Virus record (IMG/VR): IMGVR_UViG_3300045988_159115
Source: a virus
DNA length: 64,000 bases
Reading direction: 5' to 3' (one strand)
In this document: piece after piece, positions 43,907 through 52,088 of the stretch
Numbering within the stretch: the first letter of the stretch is position 1
How the letters are laid out: each line of letters begins with the position of its first letter
Translations under genes and position numbers: made by a program
Notes under the pieces: generated by a model
Told to the model about the DNA's origin: nothing
Seen by the model: the letters and a program-made list of their open reading frames with translations, nothing else
Database searches by the model: none

Positions 43907-44635
43907 TTAACCCTCCTCTTTCAGAGTCTTATTAATCATCAGGCCACGAGTGACCAGATCGGATTTAAGACCCATACCAAGCAGGTATACATCAACTGTA
44001 TTCAGAGTAGTCTTATTCTCAGGAGAAGATTCCATATCTTCCAGAGAGACATAACCCTTCGTATTGATTGCAGTATACATCTGCTGCTTCATAACCATAT
44101 CATCGGCACGAGGGCCATTGAGTTCCTTCAACGTATCCTTCATATTCATGCTGATGAGCATGGAATTTTCAAGGTCAGATTCACGGCCATTCTTATCAGC
44201 GCCACTAACCTGACCAGTAAGAGAAGAACGTGCATCTGCTGTGGTAGACAGACCGTTCTTCTTTGCAACCGTTTGCTGTGTACGTTTCACATGGCAGTAT
44301 CCAACAGGCACTGCTTCTTTGGAAACGATGATATTATTCTTATCCATTGTATAGTGAGGGAATGCAATTCTCTCAAACAGAGGAACGTTAAGTACCTTTG
44401 CTGCATCTTCAATATCAGGAACTTTCAGATCAATCTGATAGTCACAGACATTCAGAATCAGATACTCGTTCGGGTTTGCAAAAAATTCTTTGAAGAATTT
44501 ATCAAACTGAGCATCCGTCATGGTATCAAAGATGGATTTGTAGTGCTTCGTATTTGCGCCGGTCTTATCAAGAGCATTGAATGTCTTATAGATAAGATCT
44601 TCCATCTTCTTTCGTTTTTGCGGAGTTAACGCCAT
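43907..44635 (-). CDS. multisubunit RNA polymerase beta subunit, C-terminal fragment
   Basis: Track ORF 43907-44686; AAAGGAG SD plus ATG 44635. VGYCHVKRTQQTVAKKNGLSTTADARSSLTGQ (GY.Y.LKL.H.V.DK.HARS.GP..TQQP) and GRESDLENSMLISMNMKDTLKELNGPRADD (GGQR.GEME.WAL.AYGA..L.E.L..KSDD). Confidence 0.7.
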   Translation of the reverse strand: MALTPQKRKKMEDLIYKTFNALDKTGANTKHYKSIFDTMTDAQFDKFFKEFFANPNEYLILNVCDYQIDLKVPDIEDAAKVLNVPLFERIAFPHYTMDKNNIIVSKEAVPVGYCHVKRTQQTVAKKNGLSTTADARSSLTGQVSGADKNGRESDLENSMLISMNMKDTLKELNGPRADDMVMKQQMYTAINTKGYVSLEDMESSPENKTTLNTVDVYLLGMGLKSDLVTRGLMINKTLKEEG

Positions 44636-44679
44636 AACGATGTATCTCCTTTCGTTTAATGTGTAATAGACTAGGCTGC

Positions 44680-44691
44680 TTACCATTCTGT
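44680..44691 (-). promoter_or_regulatory. class B motif ACA-N6-TAA
   Basis: Reverse complement CTGAAAACAGAATGGTAA; 44 nt upstream of the RNAP beta-C ATG 44635. It lies in the loop of hairpin 44665-44724. Confidence 0.6.
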
Positions 44692-44732
44692 TTTCAGGAT
44701 GAAATTAAGCTGCCTAGTCTTATTTTATAATG

Positions 44733-44742
44733 ATATATTATA
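44733..44742 (+). promoter_or_regulatory. class A motif ATATATTATA
   Basis: Exact 10-mer in GTCTTATTTTATAATGATATATTATA, an extended context shared with site 50424. Upstream of ATG 44842. Confidence 0.6.
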
Positions 44743-44841
44743 TAGGTATAGAAAGTCCATAAATATAAAAAGAAAGGTTGTAAAAATACGTGGCTTATCT
44801 GAAAATACATGAAAAATAAAAGAATAGGAGTTGTAGAGACA

Positions 44842-45696
44842 ATGCTTTCAAGAAGACGTAGTTTAGGTGGCGCATATCCTTTGGCATCACAGGACCTCGT
44901 TTCGCTCAAGAGCATCATCATCAAAAATGAAATCACTATGGATTATATCAATTCGTGGTTTGATACTATGCTTGATGTGTTGAGTGATGCTGTGCACTAT
45001 CCAGCTAGACAGATACACCTCGGCAGTATGATTTATGATATCGCCGAAAAGAGCAAAATCGAGTACGGACTTTTCAGATACTCGTATAAAGAATCCATCA
45101 TAAAGTTTTCCATTAATAAAGAGGACCATGAGATTGCATTAGATTTGTATCTCTTTGATGATGTTCTTCCGGCTGCCGCTGGATGCGATAGAAGCGTTAT
45201 CCATTTCATTCTTTATAACGATACCAGTTTTCGTAATATGTGGTTTGCTGTAAAGAAAAATACATACATCTACTGGAATAGTGTCATACCCAATAAGGAT
45301 GCCGGAATACCTAAAGGTGAAGTCTTTGGTATTATCGTTCGTGAGATTGAAGACTTCTTGGCTGCGATGCTCTTTACTGTGATCCGGGGCAAGCCTATTC
45401 AGCGTGAATCCCGCACTACTTCGTTGCCTGTGAAGGAGAATACTCATAAGGAAACGAAACCACATTCTAGCCGTAACGACAATAGCCCGATTATCATTGA
45501 TGCATTGGATAAAGCCACTATCCGTAGAAATATCAACGTAAGTCGCGTTGGTGAAAAGCATCATGAAATGCGGTATCGTCATATCGTTCACGGACACTAT
45601 CGTCATTATAAAGACGGTAGAACCGTTTGGGTGTCCTCCTATGTGCGGTGCAAAAACAAGGGCTCGAAGTCGGAAGTAATTGGAGGTGACGTATAA
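44842..45696 (+). CDS. hypothetical protein with basic His/Arg-rich C-terminus
   Basis: Track ORF 44809-45696; TAGGAG SD favours ATG 44842. C-terminus HHEMRYRHIVHGHYRHYKDGRTVWVSSYVR. Class A motif at 44733. Confidence 0.65.
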   Translation: MLSRRRSLGGAYPLASQDLVSLKSIIIKNEITMDYINSWFDTMLDVLSDAVHYPARQIHLGSMIYDIAEKSKIEYGLFRYSYKESIIKFSINKEDHEIALDLYLFDDVLPAAAGCDRSVIHFILYNDTSFRNMWFAVKKNTYIYWNSVIPNKDAGIPKGEVFGIIVREIEDFLAAMLFTVIRGKPIQRESRTTSLPVKENTHKETKPHSSRNDNSPIIIDALDKATIRRNINVSRVGEKHHEMRYRHIVHGHYRHYKDGRTVWVSSYVRCKNKGSKSEVIGGDV

Positions 45697-46040
45697 TGCA
45701 GTATTCAGGATTATGGCTGTCAAAAGAAATGGCAGAATCTTTCATCGGATATATCCATGATGGATCGGCAGTACAAACTACTCTTCCGAATGAATATATC
45801 CATATCTTTGCTCGGATCACTGAGGGAGGCAAACTTTATTTCCGCCTTGATCCGAATGATGCCAAAAGCGGCGAATTCTATTTAACGAATGCCGCTGGCA
45901 ATGTTTCATACGCTCATGCAACCATCCAAAAGATGTATGAGGTTATCAGTGACATGTTCTACCTCACCCATGATCAGAAATACACGAGTTTGAAGACTAA
46001 GGTACGGCAGGCTGCCGAAATGAACTCGTGGTATAGATGA
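45696..46040 (+). CDS. hypothetical protein
   Basis: Track ORF; TAATG overlap with the previous gene. Confidence 0.6.
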   Translation: MQYSGLWLSKEMAESFIGYIHDGSAVQTTLPNEYIHIFARITEGGKLYFRLDPNDAKSGEFYLTNAAGNVSYAHATIQKMYEVISDMFYLTHDQKYTSLKTKVRQAAEMNSWYR

Positions 46041-46049
46041 TATATTATA
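46040..46049 (+). promoter_or_regulatory. class A motif ATATATTATA
   Basis: Exact 10-mer; 29 nt upstream of small ORF 46079 and the operon 46201-46884. Confidence 0.6.
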
Positions 46050-46078
46050 TATATATATGAAAGGAGTGAGAGCGAAAT

Positions 46079-46189
46079 ATGAAATTCCAAAATCGTATTG
46101 GAAAGAATATCATGAAGGCTTTTAAGAAAAAGCCGAGACGGTATCCTGTGAGCGCGAAAACGGTACTCGATATCATCAAAAAGAAATAA
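46079..46189 (+). CDS. 36-aa highly basic peptide
   Basis: Not in the track. AAAGGAG SD. MKFQNRIGKNIMKAFKKKPRRYPVSAKTVLDIIKKK. Class A motif 29 nt upstream. Confidence 0.4.
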   Translation: MKFQNRIGKNIMKAFKKKPRRYPVSAKTVLDIIKKK

Positions 46190-46200
46190 GGAGAAAAAGT

Positions 46201-46884
46201 ATGAAAAAGAAAGCAATTAAGAAAATCTTCCATGGAGAGATGGACTCCTATAAGGAGAAACTGGTTGTGCGCTTCATGTCTGAGAAGGCGACAGCTCAGG
46301 CGTACAGTTATCTTGATGATCATATCAAAGAGCTGAAGTTGACCGGCGACGATGCCGAGAAACTTCCGTGGGTAAATCGTCAGGCAGATAACCTTTGCAG
46401 TAAGGCAATGAATGAATCCATGCGTCATTCGAATATTGCTTATGGCATTAAGATTGCTTTGGAAGGCGTTTGCGACGAATTAGCCATTGAGGTGTACGAT
46501 GATTACGCGATGCTCATCGTTGACCCTGACAGCTTTGAGGTTGACCCGTTCTCGTATGTGGCTGACTGCGGGGTTTCCATTTTGGACGACCCCCTCAACA
46601 GCTTTGCTAAGCTTCGTAAGAAGTACTTAGAGCTTGCCAATAAAATCTCTAAGGCAAAGGCTGATATGGACGATGCTAAAGATGACGGTGTGGTTGCTGA
46701 GATCACTTCTGTCGACGATGAAGACACTCCTTCCAAACAGCAAAAGGCTGAGTGGCTTGACTCGTTTGAAGAGCTTATACAGAATGCCAATGCAGGGAAC
46801 TCTTCTGACGCAGTTCCTGCTGAAGAATCTCCCAAAGAAGCTCCTTCGGAGGAATCTCCTGTGGAAGAGGAGTCTCATGAGTAA
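46201..46884 (+). CDS. hypothetical protein with acidic Pro/Glu/Ser-rich tail
   Basis: Track ORF; AAGGAG SD. Terminator 46904-46941 follows. Confidence 0.7.
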   Translation: MKKKAIKKIFHGEMDSYKEKLVVRFMSEKATAQAYSYLDDHIKELKLTGDDAEKLPWVNRQADNLCSKAMNESMRHSNIAYGIKIALEGVCDELAIEVYDDYAMLIVDPDSFEVDPFSYVADCGVSILDDPLNSFAKLRKKYLELANKISKAKADMDDAKDDGVVAEITSVDDEDTPSKQQKAEWLDSFEELIQNANAGNSSDAVPAEESPKEAPSEESPVEEESHE

Positions 46885-46903
46885 GTAACTCACATGCATT
46901 CTT

Positions 46904-46941
46904 GGAAGGACCTAACAGCCAGTTAGGCATCCCTCTTTTTT
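46904..46941 (+). terminator. intrinsic terminator, bulged GGACCTAAC family
   Basis: GAAGGACCTAAC-AGCCA-GTTAGG(CA)TCCCTC followed by TTTTTT. Confidence 0.8.
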
Positions 46942-46947
46942 CCATCC

Positions 46948-46959
46948 ACACTAAATTAA
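46948..46959 (+). promoter_or_regulatory. class B motif ACA-N6-TAA
   Basis: ACACTAAATTAA; 33 nt upstream of ATG 46993, after terminator 46904-46941. Confidence 0.55.
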
Positions 46960-46992
46960 TTTACTTTATCACGAAAGGGAGTGAATTAATTT

Positions 46993-47187
46993 ATGAAAGA
47001 AGACAACGGGTGGATTACGCTTCTACAGATTACAATTGGCGCATATCTGTGCTATTTTCAATACATCATGTACATGCTGATGCTCAGTCATAATGCAAAT
47101 GAAACTAGAAAAGAACGCCAATTTGCTATTCGTCGGGTAATTAAAAAAATTTATATGTGGATGAAGAAGGAGTTCTGGGGAGAATGA
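46993..47187 (+). CDS. small membrane protein
   Basis: Track ORF; AAAGGGAG SD; TM helix WITLLQITIGAYLCYFQYIMYMLML. Class B motif at 46948. Confidence 0.6.
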   Translation: MKEDNGWITLLQITIGAYLCYFQYIMYMLMLSHNANETRKERQFAIRRVIKKIYMWMKKEFWGE

Positions 47188-47369
47188 GTGCGCCTAACAG
47201 CTACTATTATGATGATTATTATGACGAGTTGGAATGGATGGATAATGCCAGCGCATTCGATTGGATCAGGTTTTATCTTGCAATCGGAATTATGATGGTC
47301 ATCCTGTACCCTATTTGGGCGGTCCAAAAAGTGAAAGAACTCATCACTGGCTTATTTAAGCACAATTGA
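47184..47369 (+). CDS. small membrane protein
   Basis: Track ORF 47157-47369. ATGA overlap start at 47184 (MSAPNSYYYDDYYDE...); TM helix FYLAIGIMMVILYPIWAV. Confidence 0.55.
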   Translation: MSAPNSYYYDDYYDELEWMDNASAFDWIRFYLAIGIMMVILYPIWAVQKVKELITGLFKHN

Positions 47370-47373
47370 TTAA
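47362..47373 (+). promoter_or_regulatory. class B motif ACA-N6-TAA
   Basis: GCACAATTGATTAA; overlaps the stop codon of 47184-47369; 45 nt upstream of ATG 47419. Confidence 0.5.
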
Positions 47374-47418
47374 GCAAAAGGATTTCTATGATCCTGAAAA
47401 TGAAAGGAGATAATAATT

Positions 47419-48411
47419 ATGGCTATGGCTATGAAGCTTCTGCTTCTGGATCCGGAGACCAATGACTACGGCAATGGCCTTACTGCGATTGAAAAGATGC
47501 GTGGTGAGATGGTTGATTTCCCTGATGAATGGGAGATTGGCATTTCCGATAAGACTGGCACATCTGCAATGCAGTCTTTCGTCATCTATAAGGGCGCTGT
47601 CTGGGATATCGTGAAGAACTACTACGACCTTGATAATAAGGTGCGTATCTTCATGTGTATCAAGTCTAAGGAGACTTATGACGATCCGAAGTATTATGAC
47701 GAGACTCATAAGAAGCCCGAGACACCTAAGCCCATCAACCCTCCAGTTCGTGTCGATCCTACCTCTGTTTCATACAAGGCAAAGAATCTGATTGATCGTG
47801 CCATCGCTTCTGCAATGAATGGCGCTGGTAAGAATGAGAAGGATCTTGCCGCAAAGGTATATACTGCTCTTGGTACTATTACCGAGGGCGGCCACATCGA
47901 CATGGATGCGCTCACTCCCAGTGAGGCTGATGAGCAGGCAAAGATGGAAGCGTGGTCAGCTGCTGTTAAGGCTGGTAAGCACGCTGATGCTTGCAATATC
48001 ACCGTCTACACCATTGATGCTGGCTCTGGCGTTGCATATGAGGTAACAGAGGCTACCCTCAACGACGTTGCTAAGAAGCAGACCGAAGAGTTTGTCGCAG
48101 ATGAGATGGAGACTGCCCTCAGCGTCTGCAAGACTGCAAAGTTCACAGTTGGTGGTAACGCTCGTGAGATGTTTGGTAAGACATACATGGGTTGGGTCGT
48201 GAATATTTCTCTTTCCGAAGTTGCTGCAAAGACTACTGTAGAGAAGCCGAAGCCCGACTCTACTGAGACACATCAGCCTACGGAATCCACCGGTACTACA
48301 GAATCAACTGATACTGAGAAGACTCAGGCTCCTTCCGAGGACGCAAATACTGAGGCAGAGACTCAGACAGTTCCGAATCCCTACGATGAGATTCTCACTC
48401 CTGCCACCTGA
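47419..48411 (+). CDS. probably abundant 330-aa protein with Thr/Glu/Pro-rich tail, function unknown
   Basis: Track ORF; AAAGGAG SD; G/C-ending codons. Class B motif at 47362. Terminator 48423-48473 follows. Confidence 0.75.
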   Translation: MAMAMKLLLLDPETNDYGNGLTAIEKMRGEMVDFPDEWEIGISDKTGTSAMQSFVIYKGAVWDIVKNYYDLDNKVRIFMCIKSKETYDDPKYYDETHKKPETPKPINPPVRVDPTSVSYKAKNLIDRAIASAMNGAGKNEKDLAAKVYTALGTITEGGHIDMDALTPSEADEQAKMEAWSAAVKAGKHADACNITVYTIDAGSGVAYEVTEATLNDVAKKQTEEFVADEMETALSVCKTAKFTVGGNAREMFGKTYMGWVVNISLSEVAAKTTVEKPKPDSTETHQPTESTGTTESTDTEKTQAPSEDANTEAETQTVPNPYDEILTPAT

Positions 48412-48422
48412 TAAAGTTTAAA

Positions 48423-48473
48423 AATAAGATTACGCTCTACTCTATATCAAAGAGACAGAGCGTAATCTTATTT
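48423..48473 (+). terminator. intrinsic terminator
   Basis: AATAAGATTACGCTCT / AGAGCGTAATCTTATT. Confidence 0.8.
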
Positions 48474-48499
48474 CTATCAAATAAAAAGGAGAATGAAAT

Positions 48500-49036
48500 A
48501 TGACTATCGAAGAAGAATTCAAACTGTATGCTGATGATTTTTACAGACAGCATGAGTTTGTTGCTATGGACGAAGACTGCTGGGAGAAAGAGCAAGCGGT
48601 TCGTGATATCATCTGGCCGGTTCGTCAAAAGTATGGCAGTGTAGATGATCCGGAATTATTACAGCCTTTTCATGATGAAGCTGAAGTCTGCCATATTCAG
48701 GGCATGTGGTTGCATGATGCGCCAATTCTGTGCGCAAAGGTTATTGACGATGATAGCTTCATTATCCGTCCTGATATGGAGATCATGGTTCAATGCTTTG
48801 GATCTGATATGGTGGATGACACAGAGATGAATGTCAAATATGCAACTTATGCGCATGGCCCGTATAAGGAGTTCAGGAAGCTCATTCTTGAAAGCGATGG
48901 CTTTGCTGATAAGTTCCAGTTACTCCTGCATTTTGACTGGGCACTTGGTTGCTCTATGTGCATTCCGTACGGAATGTATAGCCAGTATGATATCAGGACG
49001 GATGCGAGAGATTTTGATAAACTGACTTGTGAATAA
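48500..49036 (+). CDS. hypothetical protein
   Basis: Track ORF; AAAAGGAG SD. Bidirectional terminator 49038-49082 follows. Confidence 0.65.
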   Translation: MTIEEEFKLYADDFYRQHEFVAMDEDCWEKEQAVRDIIWPVRQKYGSVDDPELLQPFHDEAEVCHIQGMWLHDAPILCAKVIDDDSFIIRPDMEIMVQCFGSDMVDDTEMNVKYATYAHGPYKEFRKLILESDGFADKFQLLLHFDWALGCSMCIPYGMYSQYDIRTDARDFDKLTCE

Positions 49037-49037
49037 G

Positions 49038-49082
49038 AAAAGAAGACTACATTGGATGGATTTCCATGTAGTCTTCTTTTTT
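49038..49082. terminator. bidirectional terminator between convergent genes
   Basis: AAAAGAAGACTACAT / ATGTAGTCTTCTTTTTT. Confidence 0.8.
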
Positions 49083-50319
49083 AGCTATACATCTGGATGG
49101 AGAGAATGAAATACATAAAGATTGCTTTTGTATAGTCAACTCTTGTAGCAGAGCGACTGAACTTCCGATAAATACCAGAAGAAGTTCCCCATTTATCCAG
49201 AGTAGTTTTTATGTTAGTGACGTTCTTATCCTTTGAGTTGGTTTTCTTAAACAGCTGAAGAGCATACCCAATGAATTCTTTAGATCTGATTTCATCAGGT
49301 TCATGAGAATCAGTGTAGAGATAAAGGAAAAGAATACTAGAAATAAATTCTTTCATAGTTTCACTTTCCTTCTCATTGATAATCAGAGAGATGTAGTTCC
49401 GAAGATCAAGCTTGGATACCTGTGCAGCGTTTGAAGCAAAATCTGCAATACGAAGGTCAACGCCATTTGTCAGCATAGACAACACGATCTTGTTGGATAG
49501 CGCCTCAACTTTATTGGTATTATTGACGTTATCCACATTGATATTATCGTCATATGCATCCACTTGCGTTGTAACGAATAGACCTTTCTTATAGTTTGTC
49601 TGATAAGCGTTTGCGATCTTCTTCAGCAAACTATTTTGGTCATTTCGAATACGCTGGATGAATCGAATTACATCCTGGTCTGCACCACGGTTAAAATCCT
49701 TCTCATGGAATTTCCAAGAAGACTGGATTGAGTATGTTAGCGTACCAAAGATGTGATTTGATTTCTTGATGATAAACCGATTGCTCAAATTATCAATGGT
49801 ATATTGCATGATATTTGGATTCGGCTCATATCGGAAATACTTTGCGAAGATAGATGGATACACAGAAAGAGCCATTGCAATCAACGCACTATTCAGAAGT
49901 TTCGCATCTTTTGCCAGAGTTGCATAACGAATACAGCAATAGAAGATGAAGAAAATGGGGTTATTCTTAAACAGCCTCCAGTTAGCCTTATCGTTTACCT
50001 GTTTTGTGATCTTATCAACCAAAGCAGCAACTTCTGTATCAGATATACTGAAAAGATCGAAATATTCTTGTTTGTCTTTCATAGTAAACGGAATCAGATA
50101 TTGCGGTCCGGATGTTGTGAGCTTGTCGTTATTCCGGCTTACATATCTGCCAATGATATTATTGAAATTCCGTTTTCCTTGATCTGTGGAAAGGACAGCT
50201 TCAATCTTTGGGTAAAGCTCATCTTTGATAATATACGTGAAAGAGTCATTCGATGCTTCCGAAAAATACATCGGCTCAATATCATAATTATCTTGAGCAT
50301 CTTCAAAGAAGATAAACAT
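49081..50319 (-). CDS. hypothetical 412-aa protein
   Basis: Track ORF; TGGAGGT SD; class B motif at 50351-50362. Confidence 0.7.
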   Translation of the reverse strand: MFIFFEDAQDNYDIEPMYFSEASNDSFTYIIKDELYPKIEAVLSTDQGKRNFNNIIGRYVSRNNDKLTTSGPQYLIPFTMKDKQEYFDLFSISDTEVAALVDKITKQVNDKANWRLFKNNPIFFIFYCCIRYATLAKDAKLLNSALIAMALSVYPSIFAKYFRYEPNPNIMQYTIDNLSNRFIIKKSNHIFGTLTYSIQSSWKFHEKDFNRGADQDVIRFIQRIRNDQNSLLKKIANAYQTNYKKGLFVTTQVDAYDDNINVDNVNNTNKVEALSNKIVLSMLTNGVDLRIADFASNAAQVSKLDLRNYISLIINEKESETMKEFISSILFLYLYTDSHEPDEIRSKEFIGYALQLFKKTNSKDKNVTNIKTTLDKWGTSSGIYRKFSRSATRVDYTKAIFMYFILSIQMYS

Positions 50320-50350
50320 GTGATTTTACCTCCATTCTTTAATAGTTGAT

Positions 50351-50362
50351 TTAAGCTAATGT
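50351..50362 (-). promoter_or_regulatory. class B motif ACA-N6-TAA
   Basis: Reverse complement ACATTAGCTTAA; 31 nt upstream of minus-strand ATG 50319. Confidence 0.55.
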
Positions 50363-50373
50363 CCTTTGGCGTA

Positions 50374-50414
50374 AATAAGACCAGATACTATTGATTTCTA
50401 GTATCTGGTCTTAT
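50374..50414. terminator. 18-bp perfect hairpin in a divergent promoter region (insulator/terminator-like)
   Basis: AAATAAGACCAGATACTA / TAGTATCTGGTCTTATTT. It sits between class B site 50351 (minus strand) and class A site 50424 (plus strand). Confidence 0.5.
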
Positions 50415-50423
50415 TTTATAATG

Positions 50424-50433
50424 ATATATTATA
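50424..50433 (+). promoter_or_regulatory. class A motif ATATATTATA
   Basis: Exact 10-mer in GTCTTATTTTATAATGATATATTATAC; 80 nt upstream of ATG 50514. Confidence 0.6.
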
Positions 50434-50513
50434 CACATAAGAAGCCATAGAGGAATGGAAGCAATAACCCATCGCAGTTAAATTTTTCATAATTGAAAGG
50501 AATTCAAAATATT

Positions 50514-50711
50514 ATGACAAACGATACTGCGCACTTCTATCCCTCTATGACCATGACACAGGCCGAGCTTATAGCTAGACTCACTTTTCCAGGAGGAGCA
50601 TTTAGATATGTCTCTAAATGGGAAGCTGACGAAGCTGCGGCTCGCGGAGAGAACTTGATTTATATCAAGCCTCCAATTGAATACTCATTGCAGATTCCCA
50701 ACCATCTGTAA
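50514..50711 (+). CDS. small hypothetical protein
   Basis: Track ORF 50493-50711. ATG 50514 after GAAAGGA. Class A motif at 50424. Terminator 50723-50765 follows. Confidence 0.55.
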   Translation: MTNDTAHFYPSMTMTQAELIARLTFPGGAFRYVSKWEADEAAARGENLIYIKPPIEYSLQIPNHL

Positions 50712-50722
50712 TTAGTATTAGG

Positions 50723-50765
50723 AGAAAGTTGGTTCTTATATGGCTTCTTACAACTTTCTTTTTTT
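50723..50765 (+). terminator. intrinsic terminator
   Basis: AGAAAGTTG / CAACTTTCT stem followed by TTTTTT. Confidence 0.65.
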
Positions 50766-50769
50766 AATG

Positions 50770-50779
50770 ATATATTATA
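50770..50779 (+). promoter_or_regulatory. class A motif ATATATTATA
   Basis: Exact 10-mer just after terminator 50723-50765; 69 nt upstream of ATG 50849. Confidence 0.6.
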
Positions 50780-50848
50780 AATATGATAGGCAGGAAGGAT
50801 GTGAAAAATTTATATGCCGAAATCGTTCAAATTGAAAGGAGTATAAAA

Positions 50849-51235
50849 ATGATCATTAACGGTAATCGAATTGATTTGCTGGAAGACATGCAAACTGTCA
50901 TGGCAGAAAGGAAGGAGAAGGAATACTATTTCTCCTTCCATAATATCCGGCATGACATTTTCAGCACATGCTGTGACATGGAAGTCGTCACCAAATCTTC
51001 TGATGGCGAGTCTAAGGATACGTTTGGTATGACTATTATCGGAGAGAATATCTCTGACACTGGCCGCATTGCTGAGATGTTCTATGATGCAATGCGTACG
51101 AACGAATCTTTTGGTGTTTTCACTCTCATCAACGAGCATCCTGTTTCTGGTAAACGGATCCAGGTGAAAGAAAAAGATACCGACGGTAAAGAGAAGCAGA
51201 TTACGATCATTTTCTATGTGAAAGGAGTGATTTGA
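50849..51235 (+). CDS. small hypothetical protein
   Basis: Track ORF 50783-51235. GAAAGGAG SD plus ATG 50849. The longer start would overlap the class A motif at 50770. Confidence 0.6.
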   Translation: MIINGNRIDLLEDMQTVMAERKEKEYYFSFHNIRHDIFSTCCDMEVVTKSSDGESKDTFGMTIIGENISDTGRIAEMFYDAMRTNESFGVFTLINEHPVSGKRIQVKEKDTDGKEKQITIIFYVKGVI

Positions 51236-51237
51236 GA

Positions 51238-51627
51238 ATGAGAGTAGAACGCGAACGCAAGTCTACGAAAAACGAGCGTGGGCTAAATGACCGCTTTGTC
51301 ATTGAGGATTATGATGGACTTGGGAGTTATCTCATAATCTCTCCCGAGAAGTTTGACATAAGCCTTGACGGCTTTGTAGATGTTACTTATCAACTTCGAA
51401 ATGACCGGTGTGCAGAGCATATTGCGGTGCATATCTCGTATGATACTATCTTACATGCATCGGGCAAGATTAACGTCGCTGACATCTGCGAAGGCATTTT
51501 CTCCAATAAGGATAATATTTGCAATATTATCCAGGCGTACCCTGGCGCTTACATTCCGATCAAATTCGATGCGGACCCGTATCAGTATGGGTTTAACAGT
51601 GGCTATATGAAAAAGGAGGATTATTAA
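51238..51627 (+). CDS. small hypothetical protein
   Basis: Track ORF 51232-51627; AAAGGAG SD plus ATG 51238. Confidence 0.6.
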   Translation: MRVERERKSTKNERGLNDRFVIEDYDGLGSYLIISPEKFDISLDGFVDVTYQLRNDRCAEHIAVHISYDTILHASGKINVADICEGIFSNKDNICNIIQAYPGAYIPIKFDADPYQYGFNSGYMKKEDY

Positions 51628-51628
51628 G

Positions 51629-52084
51629 ATGATGGAATATTTTTCTGGTGAGTATTACGTAGTTAAGGGGTCTGACAAGAACTACATGTTCTACAACCAT
51701 ACGGCAGTTCATGATGACCGCACCGAGGAGCGTGGAGACGAGTTTTACAACACCTTCAATATGATCTACCGGGACAGTGAAGGGAAGCTTCAGGAACGAA
51801 TCTTTGAAGCATCCGCTCAGCTGAGCGATAAGAAGGTTGTTGCATTCTCCTGTGACACCTTCCATTATCTCATGATTGAGATGATGAATAACCCGATGAA
51901 GCTCGGTTCCGTTGTCCGGAATCTTATCTTCGAGAAGCCGAAGTCTATCGTTCTGAACGACTTCAACCTTGAGATGCTGAAGGATGAGTGCGATTCCGAT
52001 GAGGTGATTCAGGTGACGGGTCCCAATCAGGATGACGTCATCGTTACCTTCAAGCCCATCTCTCCTACCACAAGAAAGGACTGA
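51629..52084 (+). CDS. small hypothetical protein
   Basis: Track ORF; AAAGGAGG SD. Confidence 0.6.
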   Translation: MMEYFSGEYYVVKGSDKNYMFYNHTAVHDDRTEERGDEFYNTFNMIYRDSEGKLQERIFEASAQLSDKKVVAFSCDTFHYLMIEMMNNPMKLGSVVRNLIFEKPKSIVLNDFNLEMLKDECDSDEVIQVTGPNQDDVIVTFKPISPTTRKD

Positions 52085-52088
52085 TAAC

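Noticed and set aside
52032-52084. 53-nt overlap between 51629-52084 and track ORF 52032-52502, considered as a possible programmed frameshift.
   Set aside because: A GAAAGGA SD 8 nt upstream of GTG 52089 gives a conventional start 4 nt after the upstream stop. There is no slippery heptamer.
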